Of a DNA stretch of 64,000 bases, positions 31,099 to 39,894 are shown piece by piece. Source of the DNA: an uncultured Planctomycetia bacterium (GTDB lineage: Bacteria; Omnitrophota; Gorgyraeia; Duberdicusellales; 4484-171); the NCBI GenBank assembly GCA_964489445.1, contig CAZAYU010000001.1, forward strand, positions 146,276 through 210,275, in the 5' to 3' direction. Position 1 is the stretch's first letter. Each line of letters starts with the position of its first letter. Position numbers and translations under genes: made by a program. Below the pieces are notes generated by a model that saw only the letters and a list, made by a program, of their open reading frames with translations, was not told the DNA's origin and made no database searches.

Positions 31099-32347
31099 CC
31101 TTTTTTAAAACTTTATATTCTTCAATAATATTAAAAACCGCTGGAAACGGTAACAAAACCCTCCCCAAAACCCCTTGAAGAAAAGCAATGCAAACTCCAT
31201 AATTAGTAATCGGAACTTTAGCCTCTTTAGCCTGCTGAATTCTAAGCATCATCTGCCTTCGGGTAATCATACAACCACCACAATGAATAATTAACTTATA
31301 ATCTTTTAAATTGAGAGGGTAATCACTTCCAGCACAAAAATCGAATTTGATGTTTATCCCGGTATATTGGTTGATCCACCGGGGAATCTTTATCCGTCCA
31401 ATATCATCTTCAATCGGATGGTGACTGCAAGCTTCGGCAATTAGCACACGATCACCGGGCTTTAAATTATCAACAGCCACGACCCCTTTGACCGCTTCTG
31501 CCAAATCACCTTTATAACGCGAAAAAAGAATTGAAAACGTCGTACACTTTAAAGTTTTAGGCGTATCAGCAACCATTTTTAATACCACCTGAGAATCACA
31601 AACAGAAATGTTAAAAGGGATTTTTAAAACATTAACTAAATAACTATACTCACGCTCTTTAACAACCAAAGCCGAAGCATCATTGTCCAAGACATCACGA
31701 ATAGTTTGTACCTGGGGTAGGATTAATCTTCCTTTCGGAGCCTGTAAGTCAATTGGCACGATTAAACAAGCAATGCCCCCGGGAGGTAATAAGTCTCCAA
31801 TTAAAAAAGGCGGATTCAGAAAATCCGATGGGCAAACCTCAATCAACTCTTTCTTTAGTATATCTAAGAAATTACTGCTTTTTTCCGGTACAACACTCGA
31901 ACAACAAAGTACTTTTGAATTTATTTTTTTTAATCGATCAATAAAGCTCTCCTTCAAGCAAATAGCGTCAATCTTATTTACTATAATGATACAAGGAACC
32001 TTTTTTTCTTTAGCCTCTTGTATAATCTTCTCCTCATGGACACCCCAAACACCAGGTTCGACAATAAGTAAAATAATATCAGAAGCATCCAAAGCTTTTT
32101 TAGCTTTTTCGATCCTCGATTCTGCTAATTCAGACAAATCATCTAAACCAGCAGTATCTAAAAACACCACTGGGCCTAAAGGAAGTAACTCCATCACCTT
32201 TGACACTACATCTGTAGTAGTTCCCGGAAGCGCTGAGGTAATTGCTACTGCTTGAGAGGAAATCATATTTAAAAAACTTGATTTTCCCACATTTGTTCTT
32301 CCGAATAATCCAATATGTAGCCTTAAAGATTTAGGAGCTTTTTCCAT
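31073..32347 (-). CDS. hydF: [FeFe]-hydrogenase maturation GTPase HydF
   Basis: GRTNVGKSS, DTAG, NKID, EACSHH, HCGGCM, TNYG. Confidence 0.95.
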   Translation of the reverse strand: MEKAPKSLRLHIGLFGRTNVGKSSFLNMISSQAVAITSALPGTTTDVVSKVMELLPLGPVVFLDTAGLDDLSELAESRIEKAKKALDASDIILLIVEPGVWGVHEEKIIQEAKEKKVPCIIIVNKIDAICLKESFIDRLKKINSKVLCCSSVVPEKSSNFLDILKKELIEVCPSDFLNPPFLIGDLLPPGGIACLIVPIDLQAPKGRLILPQVQTIRDVLDNDASALVVKEREYSYLVNVLKIPFNISVCDSQVVLKMVADTPKTLKCTTFSILFSRYKGDLAEAVKGVVAVDNLKPGDRVLIAEACSHHPIEDDIGRIKIPRWINQYTGINIKFDFCAGSDYPLNLKDYKLIIHCGGCMITRRQMMLRIQQAKEAKVPITNYGVCIAFLQGVLGRVLLPFPAVFNIIEEYKVLKKDGKNEKRL

Positions 32348-33731
32348 TATTCCTCTCGCTGTTTACATAACCCAAAGAAAGTAGATTTTCTGAAGATAAA
32401 GTCCTAATTACAAGTTCACTACCCAATTCGTTGCTTAAAAATTCGAATAAATTCCCTGATTTTACTAGAGAAAACTTTTTAATTAACTCACCAGCCCGAT
32501 CGTATCCAATATAAGGAATAAATGCAGTAATAATTACCGGATTGCTATTAAAAATATCTGTACAGATCTTAGGATCTGCCTTGATTTCAGAAATATGCTT
32601 TGCAAATGCTAAATTCACATTAGTTAATAGCTGTATTGATTCCAAAAGAGCCATGCTAACTAACGGCAAGAATTCAGCTACTTGAAAACTACTTCGCGAA
32701 ACTGCTTCTGAAACTATTAAATCATTAGCCATGACTTTTAAACCAGCTTGAATTACCGCCTCTAATATAACTGGATTATTTTTTCCCGGCATAATTGATG
32801 ATCCAGCCTGTACTTTCGGTACCTTGATCTCGCCAAAAAGGTTCATTAGCCTTAAATCGCTAGAGATCTTAATCAGATTTGAGGCACAAGCCTTAATAAT
32901 TCCAGAAACTTCCACAAAACAATCAGCATTGGCAGTTGCATCGACCAGATTTTCTGCTCTGCTTAAACCTAAACCGGTAATATCTCTAAGTTTCTCACTT
33001 ACCAAAAAAATATATTGTCGCGGCGCCGTCAAGCCAGTACCAATGGCCGTTCCACCGAGATTAATTACTCGCAAACGCTCTTCACATTTAAAAACTCTCC
33101 AACGATCCCGACTAATTGATTCAGCAAAAGCAGAAAATTCAACTCCAAGGGTAAGCGGAACCGCTGGCTGCAATTCTGTCCTGCCAATTTTAACTATTTG
33201 AGAAAAATCCTTTTCCTTTTTCTGTAATTCTCCCTGAAGACAGGAAATCGCTGTGCTTAATTTACGTAATGTAAAAATAGATGCTATCTTCAAAGCTGTA
33301 GGATACACATCGTTAGTTGATTGATGCAAATTCACATCCTCAATCGGATGCAGAACATTATAATTGCCCTTTTCTTCGCCAAGCCTTTCTAAAGAACGAT
33401 TAGCAATGACTTCGTTAACATTCATGTTAGTCGAAGTCCCAGCACCCCCCTGCAAAGCGTCTAGAGGAAATTGATTATCTAGACTTCCATTCAAAATATC
33501 ATCGCAAGATAGTTCTATAGCGTTAGATTTTTTTTTATCTAAAAATCCAAGCTCATGATTAGTCAAGCAAGCTGCTTTTTTTACCATGGTCAATGAAGAA
33601 ACCAATATTTTTGGAATTTTTTTTTCGGTAAAAGCAAAATTTTTTAAAGCCCGCTGAGTATGTATCCCCCAATAAGCTTCTTGTGGTATTTGTTCTTCGC
33701 CTAAAGAATCAGATTCTTTGCGATAACTCAT
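32331..33731 (-). CDS. aspA: Aspartate ammonia-lyase
   Basis: QGGAGTSTNMN, QSTND, GSSIMPGKNNP. Confidence 0.88.
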   Translation of the reverse strand: MSYRKESDSLGEEQIPQEAYWGIHTQRALKNFAFTEKKIPKILVSSLTMVKKAACLTNHELGFLDKKKSNAIELSCDDILNGSLDNQFPLDALQGGAGTSTNMNVNEVIANRSLERLGEEKGNYNVLHPIEDVNLHQSTNDVYPTALKIASIFTLRKLSTAISCLQGELQKKEKDFSQIVKIGRTELQPAVPLTLGVEFSAFAESISRDRWRVFKCEERLRVINLGGTAIGTGLTAPRQYIFLVSEKLRDITGLGLSRAENLVDATANADCFVEVSGIIKACASNLIKISSDLRLMNLFGEIKVPKVQAGSSIMPGKNNPVILEAVIQAGLKVMANDLIVSEAVSRSSFQVAEFLPLVSMALLESIQLLTNVNLAFAKHISEIKADPKICTDIFNSNPVIITAFIPYIGYDRAGELIKKFSLVKSGNLFEFLSNELGSELVIRTLSSENLLSLGYVNSERNNGKSS

Positions 33732-33759
33732 ACTCTCCCCTTATATTAACGTAAATAAT

Positions 33760-34011
33760 TTAAATTATTTTGCTCAATGCTGATTTTACTGTTACTTTCT
33801 CTAATTTACCTAATTTCCCGGTTAATGCTCCAACCTCATCAGTATCTGCGTCAACGATTAATATAATTACGCTACAGTTTCTTTGCTTGTACGGCAAACC
33901 GGACCTGGAAACAATAATTTCTGAAAATTCAGAAAGTATTTGGTTAATAACTGATGCTGTCTTTTTGCGGTCCCCAATAATAATTCCTACAAATCCCAGT
34001 CTTTTTTGCAT
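33760..34011 (-). CDS. TM1266-family putative iron-only hydrogenase system regulator
   Basis: KRLGFVGIII...RSGLPY...GALTGKLGKL..VTVKSA; adjacent to hyd maturases. Confidence 0.9.
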   Translation of the reverse strand: MQKRLGFVGIIIGDRKKTASVINQILSEFSEIIVSRSGLPYKQRNCSVIILIVDADTDEVGALTGKLGKLEKVTVKSALSKII

Positions 34012-34025
34012 TTTTATCTCTCCTT

Positions 34026-34062
34026 AAATAAAATCCCGGCCTAATTAAAGTAAGGCCGGGAT
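34026..34062 (-). terminator. Intrinsic terminator just before the TM1266 SD
   Basis: ATCCCGGCCT/AGGCCGGGAT 10-bp stem plus TTTATTT tail. Confidence 0.8.
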
Positions 34063-34131
34063 AAAATTAACTATTTATCCCTGGGCTTCAGACACTTAAA
34101 TCCTTACCTCAGGATTAGCAAGACACAGCTA
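34026..34131 (-). promoter_or_regulatory. Candidate cis-regulatory RNA (attenuator / orphan riboswitch)
   Basis: Multi-stem region plus an antiterminator stem mutually exclusive with the terminator (see findings). Confidence 0.5.
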
Positions 34132-34476
34132 TTATTTACTACTTAGCTCATTAATGGTTTTAAGTGCTAAAGTTACATACGTCATTGCACTTGATCCACC
34201 TATCAAAACTGCGACCATTGAAGCTTCAACTATCTCTTCTTTGCTCCATCCACAACGAAGGCAATTTTCTACTGCCCGAGGAATACACACTGGACATTTT
34301 TGAGCCAAGCTAGAAGAAAGCATCAAAAGCCACTTTGTTTTTTCAGAAATCTTTCCGTCTTTCATTATCGATTGTTTTTCATTGATAAATGCCTTGTATT
34401 CTTCAGGCACTATCCTGCCAATATCAGCTATCAGTCGATTGAACTCATTAAGATTCTTTTTAGGATCACACTCCAC
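34132..34476 (-). CDS. Carboxymuconolactone decarboxylase/AhpD family protein
   Basis: ISEKTKWL...QKCPVC...GWSKEEIVEA...IGG. Confidence 0.85.
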   Translation of the reverse strand: MECDPKKNLNEFNRLIADIGRIVPEEYKAFINEKQSIMKDGKISEKTKWLLMLSSSLAQKCPVCIPRAVENCLRCGWSKEEIVEASMVAVLIGGSSAMTYVTLALKTINELSSK

Positions 34477-36391
34477 TAGCCACCCCCTTTTTCTTAGCTT
34501 TACGACTTATCCATTTCCCCCGCTTTATATAATGGGTGTGCAAAAGCTTATGACTCATATGCCCACAAGGACCATCTGTCAAAAATTCCTTATATATTTG
34601 TTTGACTATTGGATTTTCGTGAGATTTCCTAATCGGTAACCCTTCATCCTCAGCATAGATAGCCTTAGCTCTAGCTTCCCGAATCTCCGGATTTGTCGGA
34701 ATAGGCTGCCCACCACCGCCTAAACAACCTCCGGGACAAGCCATAATTTCCACAAAATGATACCCGTTTAATTCTCCCCGGCAAAGCATATCCATTATTT
34801 TTTTAGCATTAGCAGTGCCGTGACCAACCATAACCTTTAAGACTGCCCCCTCTAAAAACTTCCACTCAGGTACTGCTTTTTTAATCGGTATCTCCGCTCT
34901 ACGAACCCCTTCTGTGCCTCTTACCGCTTCAACACGTAATTTTTTAAATGGTACCTCTTCACCAGTAACTATCTCATAGGCTGTTCTGATTGCCGCCTCC
35001 ATAACTCCTCCGGTTGCCCCAAATACTAATCCTGCTCCACTGCCAATACCCAGAGGATCATCAAAGTTAGAATCAGGCAAGTTGGGTAAATCAATACCAC
35101 ATTCTTTAATCATTCCGGCTAACTCCCGAGTAGTTAGTGTATAATCAACATCTTTAAACCCAGAACTATTCATCTCCGGCCGAGTACACTCAAATTTTTT
35201 TGCCGAACAGGGCATTAACGAAACGCTAACAACATCCTTAGGGTCAATATTGTTGCGTTGAGTATACCAAGTCTTGACAATAGCTCCAAACATTTGCTGA
35301 GGCGATTTACAAGTCGAAACATGCCCTAATTTTTCCGGATAAAAATGCTCTATATACTTTACCCAACCCGGAGAACAAGATGTAATCTGGGGTAAACATA
35401 TATTTTTATCTTTGTCAACTAAAGCTTTCTTGAGCCGCAAAAGCAATTCGGTCCCTTCTTCCATGATTGTTAAGTCAGCAGTAAAATTAGTATCAAAAGC
35501 CTTGTTGAAGCCGATTCTTTTAATAGCTGTATTAAGTTTCTTGGTCACACTTGTTCCTGGAGGCAAACCAAATTCTTCACCAATTGCCGCTCGCGGTGAA
35601 GGCGCAGTTTGAATAATTACATGTTTCTTAGGGTCATCAATGGCATCCCAAACTTCTTGGGCTGGATCTTTAGACTTTAAAGCACCTGTAGGGCAACGAT
35701 TAATGCATTGCCCACAATTAATGCATATTACTTCATTAAGCGGCATATCCTGATAGGTTTCTATCTTCGTTTCTGCTCCACGATGTGCAGCCTCCAATAC
35801 TCCCACTTCCTGAAGATCAATACATGTTCTTGCGCAACGTCGACAAAGAACACATTTATTCATGTCGCGCTCTACAGAATAGCTTGATACATCTTTTTCA
35901 TAACGCGGACTATCAATATGTCCAAATTTATAGGTGGTTACTCCATACTCCTTAGCTAACGCCTGGAGTTCACAATTATTATTTCGCGCACAGGAATAAC
36001 ACTCACCATAATGATTTTTTAACAACAGCTGGATAATATTGCTCCGGGCTCTCCTAACTTTAGGAGAGTACGTCCGAATCTTGATTGACCGAAATATCGG
36101 ATACGAACATGAAGCTTGAAGCGTTCGTTCACCTTCTACCTCAACCATACACACTCGACAGACTCCTGCAAGGCAAAGATCATCGTGTTGGCAAAGAGTA
36201 GGAATCTTAATATTTACTGATTTAGCAGCTTCCAAAATAGTAGTACCAACCGGAATCTTAACCTCAATATCATCAATAACAACTTCGATCATCTCTTCTA
36301 GAACATCCTTCTTTCCTTTGTTGATGTAAAATCTTCGTTGGCTTACTGGAGTTCGGGAAGTACTTTGGGCAAATGGCCTCTCCTTATTCAT
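34466..36391 (-). CDS. hydA: [FeFe]-hydrogenase group A catalytic subunit (HydA/HndD-type)
   Basis: [2Fe-2S] CRVC, His-ligated HYGECYSC, 2x[4Fe-4S], H-cluster motifs TSCSPGW, MPCSAKKFE, EIMACPGGCLGGGGQP; start 36391 has SD AAGGAG. Confidence 0.95.
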   Translation of the reverse strand: MNKERPFAQSTSRTPVSQRRFYINKGKKDVLEEMIEVVIDDIEVKIPVGTTILEAAKSVNIKIPTLCQHDDLCLAGVCRVCMVEVEGERTLQASCSYPIFRSIKIRTYSPKVRRARSNIIQLLLKNHYGECYSCARNNNCELQALAKEYGVTTYKFGHIDSPRYEKDVSSYSVERDMNKCVLCRRCARTCIDLQEVGVLEAAHRGAETKIETYQDMPLNEVICINCGQCINRCPTGALKSKDPAQEVWDAIDDPKKHVIIQTAPSPRAAIGEEFGLPPGTSVTKKLNTAIKRIGFNKAFDTNFTADLTIMEEGTELLLRLKKALVDKDKNICLPQITSCSPGWVKYIEHFYPEKLGHVSTCKSPQQMFGAIVKTWYTQRNNIDPKDVVSVSLMPCSAKKFECTRPEMNSSGFKDVDYTLTTRELAGMIKECGIDLPNLPDSNFDDPLGIGSGAGLVFGATGGVMEAAIRTAYEIVTGEEVPFKKLRVEAVRGTEGVRRAEIPIKKAVPEWKFLEGAVLKVMVGHGTANAKKIMDMLCRGELNGYHFVEIMACPGGCLGGGGQPIPTNPEIREARAKAIYAEDEGLPIRKSHENPIVKQIYKEFLTDGPCGHMSHKLLHTHYIKRGKWISRKAKKKGVASGV

Positions 36392-37592
36392 TGAACTTCT
36401 TCTCCTTTTTGATTGTCTTTGATAATTTATACTCCTTGGGAAAATTATTAAGTATCGACACAAAAGCGTTAGGACACGATTGCCCCAGTCCACATTTTGA
36501 AGCAAGTTGCATTGTTTCGGTTAACGAAAAAATATCTTTTAAATATTCTCCGCTACATTCATTCCTCTTAAGCTCTTCTATTGCCTCCAATAAAACAGGA
36601 ATTCCTTCTCGGCAAGGAGTGCATTGTCCGCATGATTCTTCTTTAAAAAATTTTAAAAAATTATCTGCCACCTTTAGCATCTCGCGTTTTTGATTAAATA
36701 TTATTATTGAACCACCTGTAGAAAGATCTTCAAAGCTAATCTTCCGGCTAAATTGTGCTTTAGGAATACACACCCCGGAAGCACCTCCAACCTGAACGGC
36801 TTTAGAATCTTCAGCTTGCACTAATTTAAGAATTTGTTTTATTGTCACTCCAAAGGGAACTTCATACACCCCCGGTTTCCTACAGTCCCCGGAAATGCTC
36901 AAAAGTTTTGAACCAGCTGATTTATCAGTGCCAATAAATTTAAACCAATCTGCTCCCTTTGCAATAATCTGAGTAACAACGGCAAAAGTTTCTGCGTTAT
37001 TAATTGCTGTCGGACAACAATTATAGCCGTTATTCACCGGAAATGGCGGTCGATTTCGAGGCTCACCACGATGCCCTTCTAACGATTCAATCAAAGCTGT
37101 CTCTTCCCCACAAACATAAGCGCCTGACCCTAACCTAATACATATATCAAAATTAAATCCCTTTTTGCCCAGGATATCTCTTCCTAATACATTCTCTTGG
37201 CGCATTACATTTAATATTTTTTCTAAACAAGGGAGAAGTAATTTATACTCTCCCCGTAAATAAAGAAAACCTTCTTCGGCCCCAACAGAAAAAGCGCCAA
37301 TGACCATACCTTCAAATACTAATCGGGCATATTCACTAAGAAGTACCCTATCCTTAAACGTTCCTGGCTCACCTTCATCTGCATTACACACAATGTATTT
37401 TTTATCCGCATTTGAGTTTGCTGTAAAGCCCCACTTTAATCCTGTCGGAAATCCAGCTCCCCCCCTACCTCTTAAATTAGAATTCTTTAAAACCTCAATA
37501 GCTGCTTCCTTGCCTATCTCTAGAGCCTTCTTCAACCCATCATTAGCCTTGATTTCACTAAACACTATCGGGCCTTCTCTTTTCACTGTCAT
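36384..37592 (-). CDS. hydB: NADH/FMN-binding hydrogenase subunit (HydB/NuoF-like), short form
   Basis: LRGRGGAGFPTG, NADEGEPGTFKDR, GAYVCGEET, ESCGQCTPCREG...CGLG; start 37592 has SD AAGGAG. Confidence 0.9.
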   Translation of the reverse strand: MTVKREGPIVFSEIKANDGLKKALEIGKEAAIEVLKNSNLRGRGGAGFPTGLKWGFTANSNADKKYIVCNADEGEPGTFKDRVLLSEYARLVFEGMVIGAFSVGAEEGFLYLRGEYKLLLPCLEKILNVMRQENVLGRDILGKKGFNFDICIRLGSGAYVCGEETALIESLEGHRGEPRNRPPFPVNNGYNCCPTAINNAETFAVVTQIIAKGADWFKFIGTDKSAGSKLLSISGDCRKPGVYEVPFGVTIKQILKLVQAEDSKAVQVGGASGVCIPKAQFSRKISFEDLSTGGSIIIFNQKREMLKVADNFLKFFKEESCGQCTPCREGIPVLLEAIEELKRNECSGEYLKDIFSLTETMQLASKCGLGQSCPNAFVSILNNFPKEYKLSKTIKKEKKFNE

Positions 37593-37635
37593 GTCTTTTC
37601 TCCTTAAATTCATTATATTATTGTTCTTGTGCATA

Positions 37636-38112
37636 TTATTTTAATGTAGCGATAATTTTTTTAATTTTTTGCGGAGTCATATCTCCTATTAACTCATCGT
37701 CAACCATAATAGCCGGAGCATGATCGCACATCCCTATACAGCCTGTTTCTTCAAGAGTAATTTTCTTATCACAAGTAGTTTCACCTACCTTAACATCCAA
37801 TTCTTTTTCAAACAATCTTAATATCCTATCACTTCCGGCTAATACATTAGATATGCAATTACTAACACGAATAGTATATTTACCTTTCTTTTCTACTCTA
37901 AGAAATGAATAAAATGTTACCACCGAATATACTTCAACCGGGTGAATACCCAATTGATCAGCTATACCCTGCATATCCTTATCCGGTATGTATCCTTTCT
38001 TATCTTGAACCTTCTGCAGTAGAGGTAAAAGCTGCGAACGCAATTGTTTACCGGAAACCGGTTTCGCATCGGCAGAAGAAACATTTGCCGCTTTTGAATC
38101 ATTTTTTTTCAT
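37636..38112 (-). CDS. hydC: NuoE/HydC-like subunit with degenerate [2Fe-2S] motif
   Basis: LLPLLQKVQ..GYIP, VYSVVTFY, CIGMCDHAPA. Confidence 0.88.
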   Translation of the reverse strand: MKKNDSKAANVSSADAKPVSGKQLRSQLLPLLQKVQDKKGYIPDKDMQGIADQLGIHPVEVYSVVTFYSFLRVEKKGKYTIRVSNCISNVLAGSDRILRLFEKELDVKVGETTCDKKITLEETGCIGMCDHAPAIMVDDELIGDMTPQKIKKIIATLK

Positions 38113-38145
38113 AAAATAAATCTCCTTTTTTAAAAATAACTACTT

Positions 38146-38763
38146 CTAAACATAAACATTACAAAACAACGATAGAATCTCAATTGAGAAGTCAATATTT
38201 TTTACCGGTATTTTTTTTGGCACACTAATAGATTTTGGCGAAAAATTAATTATCCCTTTTAAGCCAGACATAACCATTATATCAGCAACATTTTGGCTGC
38301 CAGAAGCCGGAACAGCAATTATCCCAATTTTTGTACGAGTTTTTTTGATTATATCCGGAGCCCTTTCTATTGAATAAACTTTAACCCCATTAATAATCCT
38401 GCCAATTCTATTCTTTGCTTTGTCAAACGCAGCGACCAACCTTATTTTATCCGTTTGAAATCCAGGATACTTCATTATCGCTGTTCCAAGGTTCCCAGCC
38501 CCAAACAAAGCCATCCGCACAATATTCTTTTGAAGAACAAAATCCTCTAGAGTATTTTTTAGTTCTAATGTCTTATACCCTATTCGCGGAGTCCCTACTT
38601 TCCCGAAATTAGATATATCCTTTCGGATTTGAACATCCGTTAATCCGGTTATTTGTGACAACTCACCGGAAGAAATTAAAAATCGTTTTTCTTTGGCTAA
38701 ATTTTCTAAAATTCGTATATATAAAAGAACACGTGTAATAATTTTACTGGAAACTTTTTTCAT
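38146..38763 (-). CDS. rex: Redox-sensing transcriptional repressor Rex
   Basis: ISSGELS...QIRKDISNFG..GTPRIGY, GAGNLG, IINFSP. Confidence 0.93.
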   Translation of the reverse strand: MKKVSSKIITRVLLYIRILENLAKEKRFLISSGELSQITGLTDVQIRKDISNFGKVGTPRIGYKTLELKNTLEDFVLQKNIVRMALFGAGNLGTAIMKYPGFQTDKIRLVAAFDKAKNRIGRIINGVKVYSIERAPDIIKKTRTKIGIIAVPASGSQNVADIMVMSGLKGIINFSPKSISVPKKIPVKNIDFSIEILSLFCNVYV

Positions 38764-38766
38764 GTT

Positions 38767-38788
38767 AATCGTGAAATTCAGAACGATT
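38767..38788. promoter_or_regulatory. Candidate Rex operator
   Basis: Imperfect palindrome AATCGTGAAATTCAGAACGATT resembling TTGTGAA-N4-TTCACAA, just downstream of the -10. Confidence 0.45.
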
Positions 38789-38794
38789 CAGCGT

Positions 38795-38822
38795 ATTATA
38801 CCCTTTCACATTTACCTGTCAA
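38795..38822 (-). promoter_or_regulatory. Sigma70 promoter of the rex-hyd operon
   Basis: TTGACA-16 bp-TATAAT. Confidence 0.8.
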
Positions 38823-38859
38823 GAAAATAATAGAAGTTTTTACAAATATATTTTACTGC

Positions 38860-39894
38860 TCAGATTCCAGAAATCATATTTAAAGCTAATAGATACACTT
38901 CCTTTGCCTTGATTGATCTAAGGCACAGAAATTTTTTCGTGCACTGATGCGCCTGACATTTTAAGCAACCTGCAGGCTTATGCAAATAAATAGACCTAAG
39001 ACCCAATGGTTTCCAGCGTAAGGGTGAAAGTCCAGGGTTGTTGCGTCCAAAAATAGAAATTACCGGAACATTTAAACTGGCAGCAATATGCACAGGGCCT
39101 GAATCATTAGAAATGAATAAGCTAGATCTTTTAATTAGCGCGCCAATCTCCGATATTGTACACCTACCTCTAAAGTCAACAAGTAAATGGTCGTGGAATA
39201 GCCTATTAAGATCATCCTTCTCTTCAGCAGAAGAAATAATTACTAGTTTGTGCGGTAAATTTTCATTGAGGAGTTTTATCAATTGAGAAAAATATTCTAG
39301 CGGCCAACGTTTTGAAACGCAAGAAGCTGAAGGATGAATAACTATTAATTTCTGATTAGCATCTATGCTCTTCGCCTCGAGCATCTTTTTAATATTTATC
39401 ACCGCTTCTTCGGTTATCGGAAAATAAGTCTGCTTATTAACAATCGGGATATCCATACTTCTTAAAATATCCAAGGTATATTCTAATTCATGTTTTTCAC
39501 CTTTTTCCTTATCATGTCTAATCTTCCTACTTAATAAGCAATCCATTTTTTTACTCCAACCTGCACGCAATCTTATTCCAGACAAAAAAGTAATCCAATG
39601 TGCACGATTGGTTGGATGTAAAATTATCGCCCAATCAAAATTGTTTTTTCTTAATTGAAGCGAAAAATCAAATGATCCCCAAAAACTCTTATGTTTTCCA
39701 TATTTATCATAGATAATAACTTCATCCAAATATGGATTTTTCTCTAGCACATCTTTAACGTACGGACGACACATAAAAGCAATATACGCATCAGGAAAAT
39801 AATTTCTTAAATTACTAATAACCGGAGTAGAAAGAATGACATCTCCTAAACGATCAGTACGAACAATCAAAATCTTCTTTGGCTTGTTCACCAT
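38860..39894 (-). CDS. LPS heptosyltransferase (GT9)
   Basis: RTDRLGDVIL, SKRWP, FISNDSGPVHIAA. Confidence 0.9.
   Translation of the reverse strand: MVNKPKKILIVRTDRLGDVILSTPVISNLRNYFPDAYIAFMCRPYVKDVLEKNPYLDEVIIYDKYGKHKSFWGSFDFSLQLRKNNFDWAIILHPTNRAHWITFLSGIRLRAGWSKKMDCLLSRKIRHDKEKGEKHELEYTLDILRSMDIPIVNKQTYFPITEEAVINIKKMLEAKSIDANQKLIVIHPSASCVSKRWPLEYFSQLIKLLNENLPHKLVIISSAEEKDDLNRLFHDHLLVDFRGRCTISEIGALIKRSSLFISNDSGPVHIAASLNVPVISIFGRNNPGLSPLRWKPLGLRSIYLHKPAGCLKCQAHQCTKKFLCLRSIKAKEVYLLALNMISGI

Noticed and set aside
32331-33731. aspA in the hyd operon as a novelty
   Set aside because: Ammonia-lyases in hyd maturation operons are already known and linked to nitrogen supply for the dithiomethylamine ligand
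34066-34105. SAM-II riboswitch (GATTTAA...GATAAAT resemblance)
   Set aside because: Required pseudoknot stems and the 3' GCTAAA segment are absent; kept only as an unclassified element
36392-36505. Long N-terminal extension of HydA in the ORF track
   Set aside because: Overlaps hydB; ATG 36391 has a proper SD
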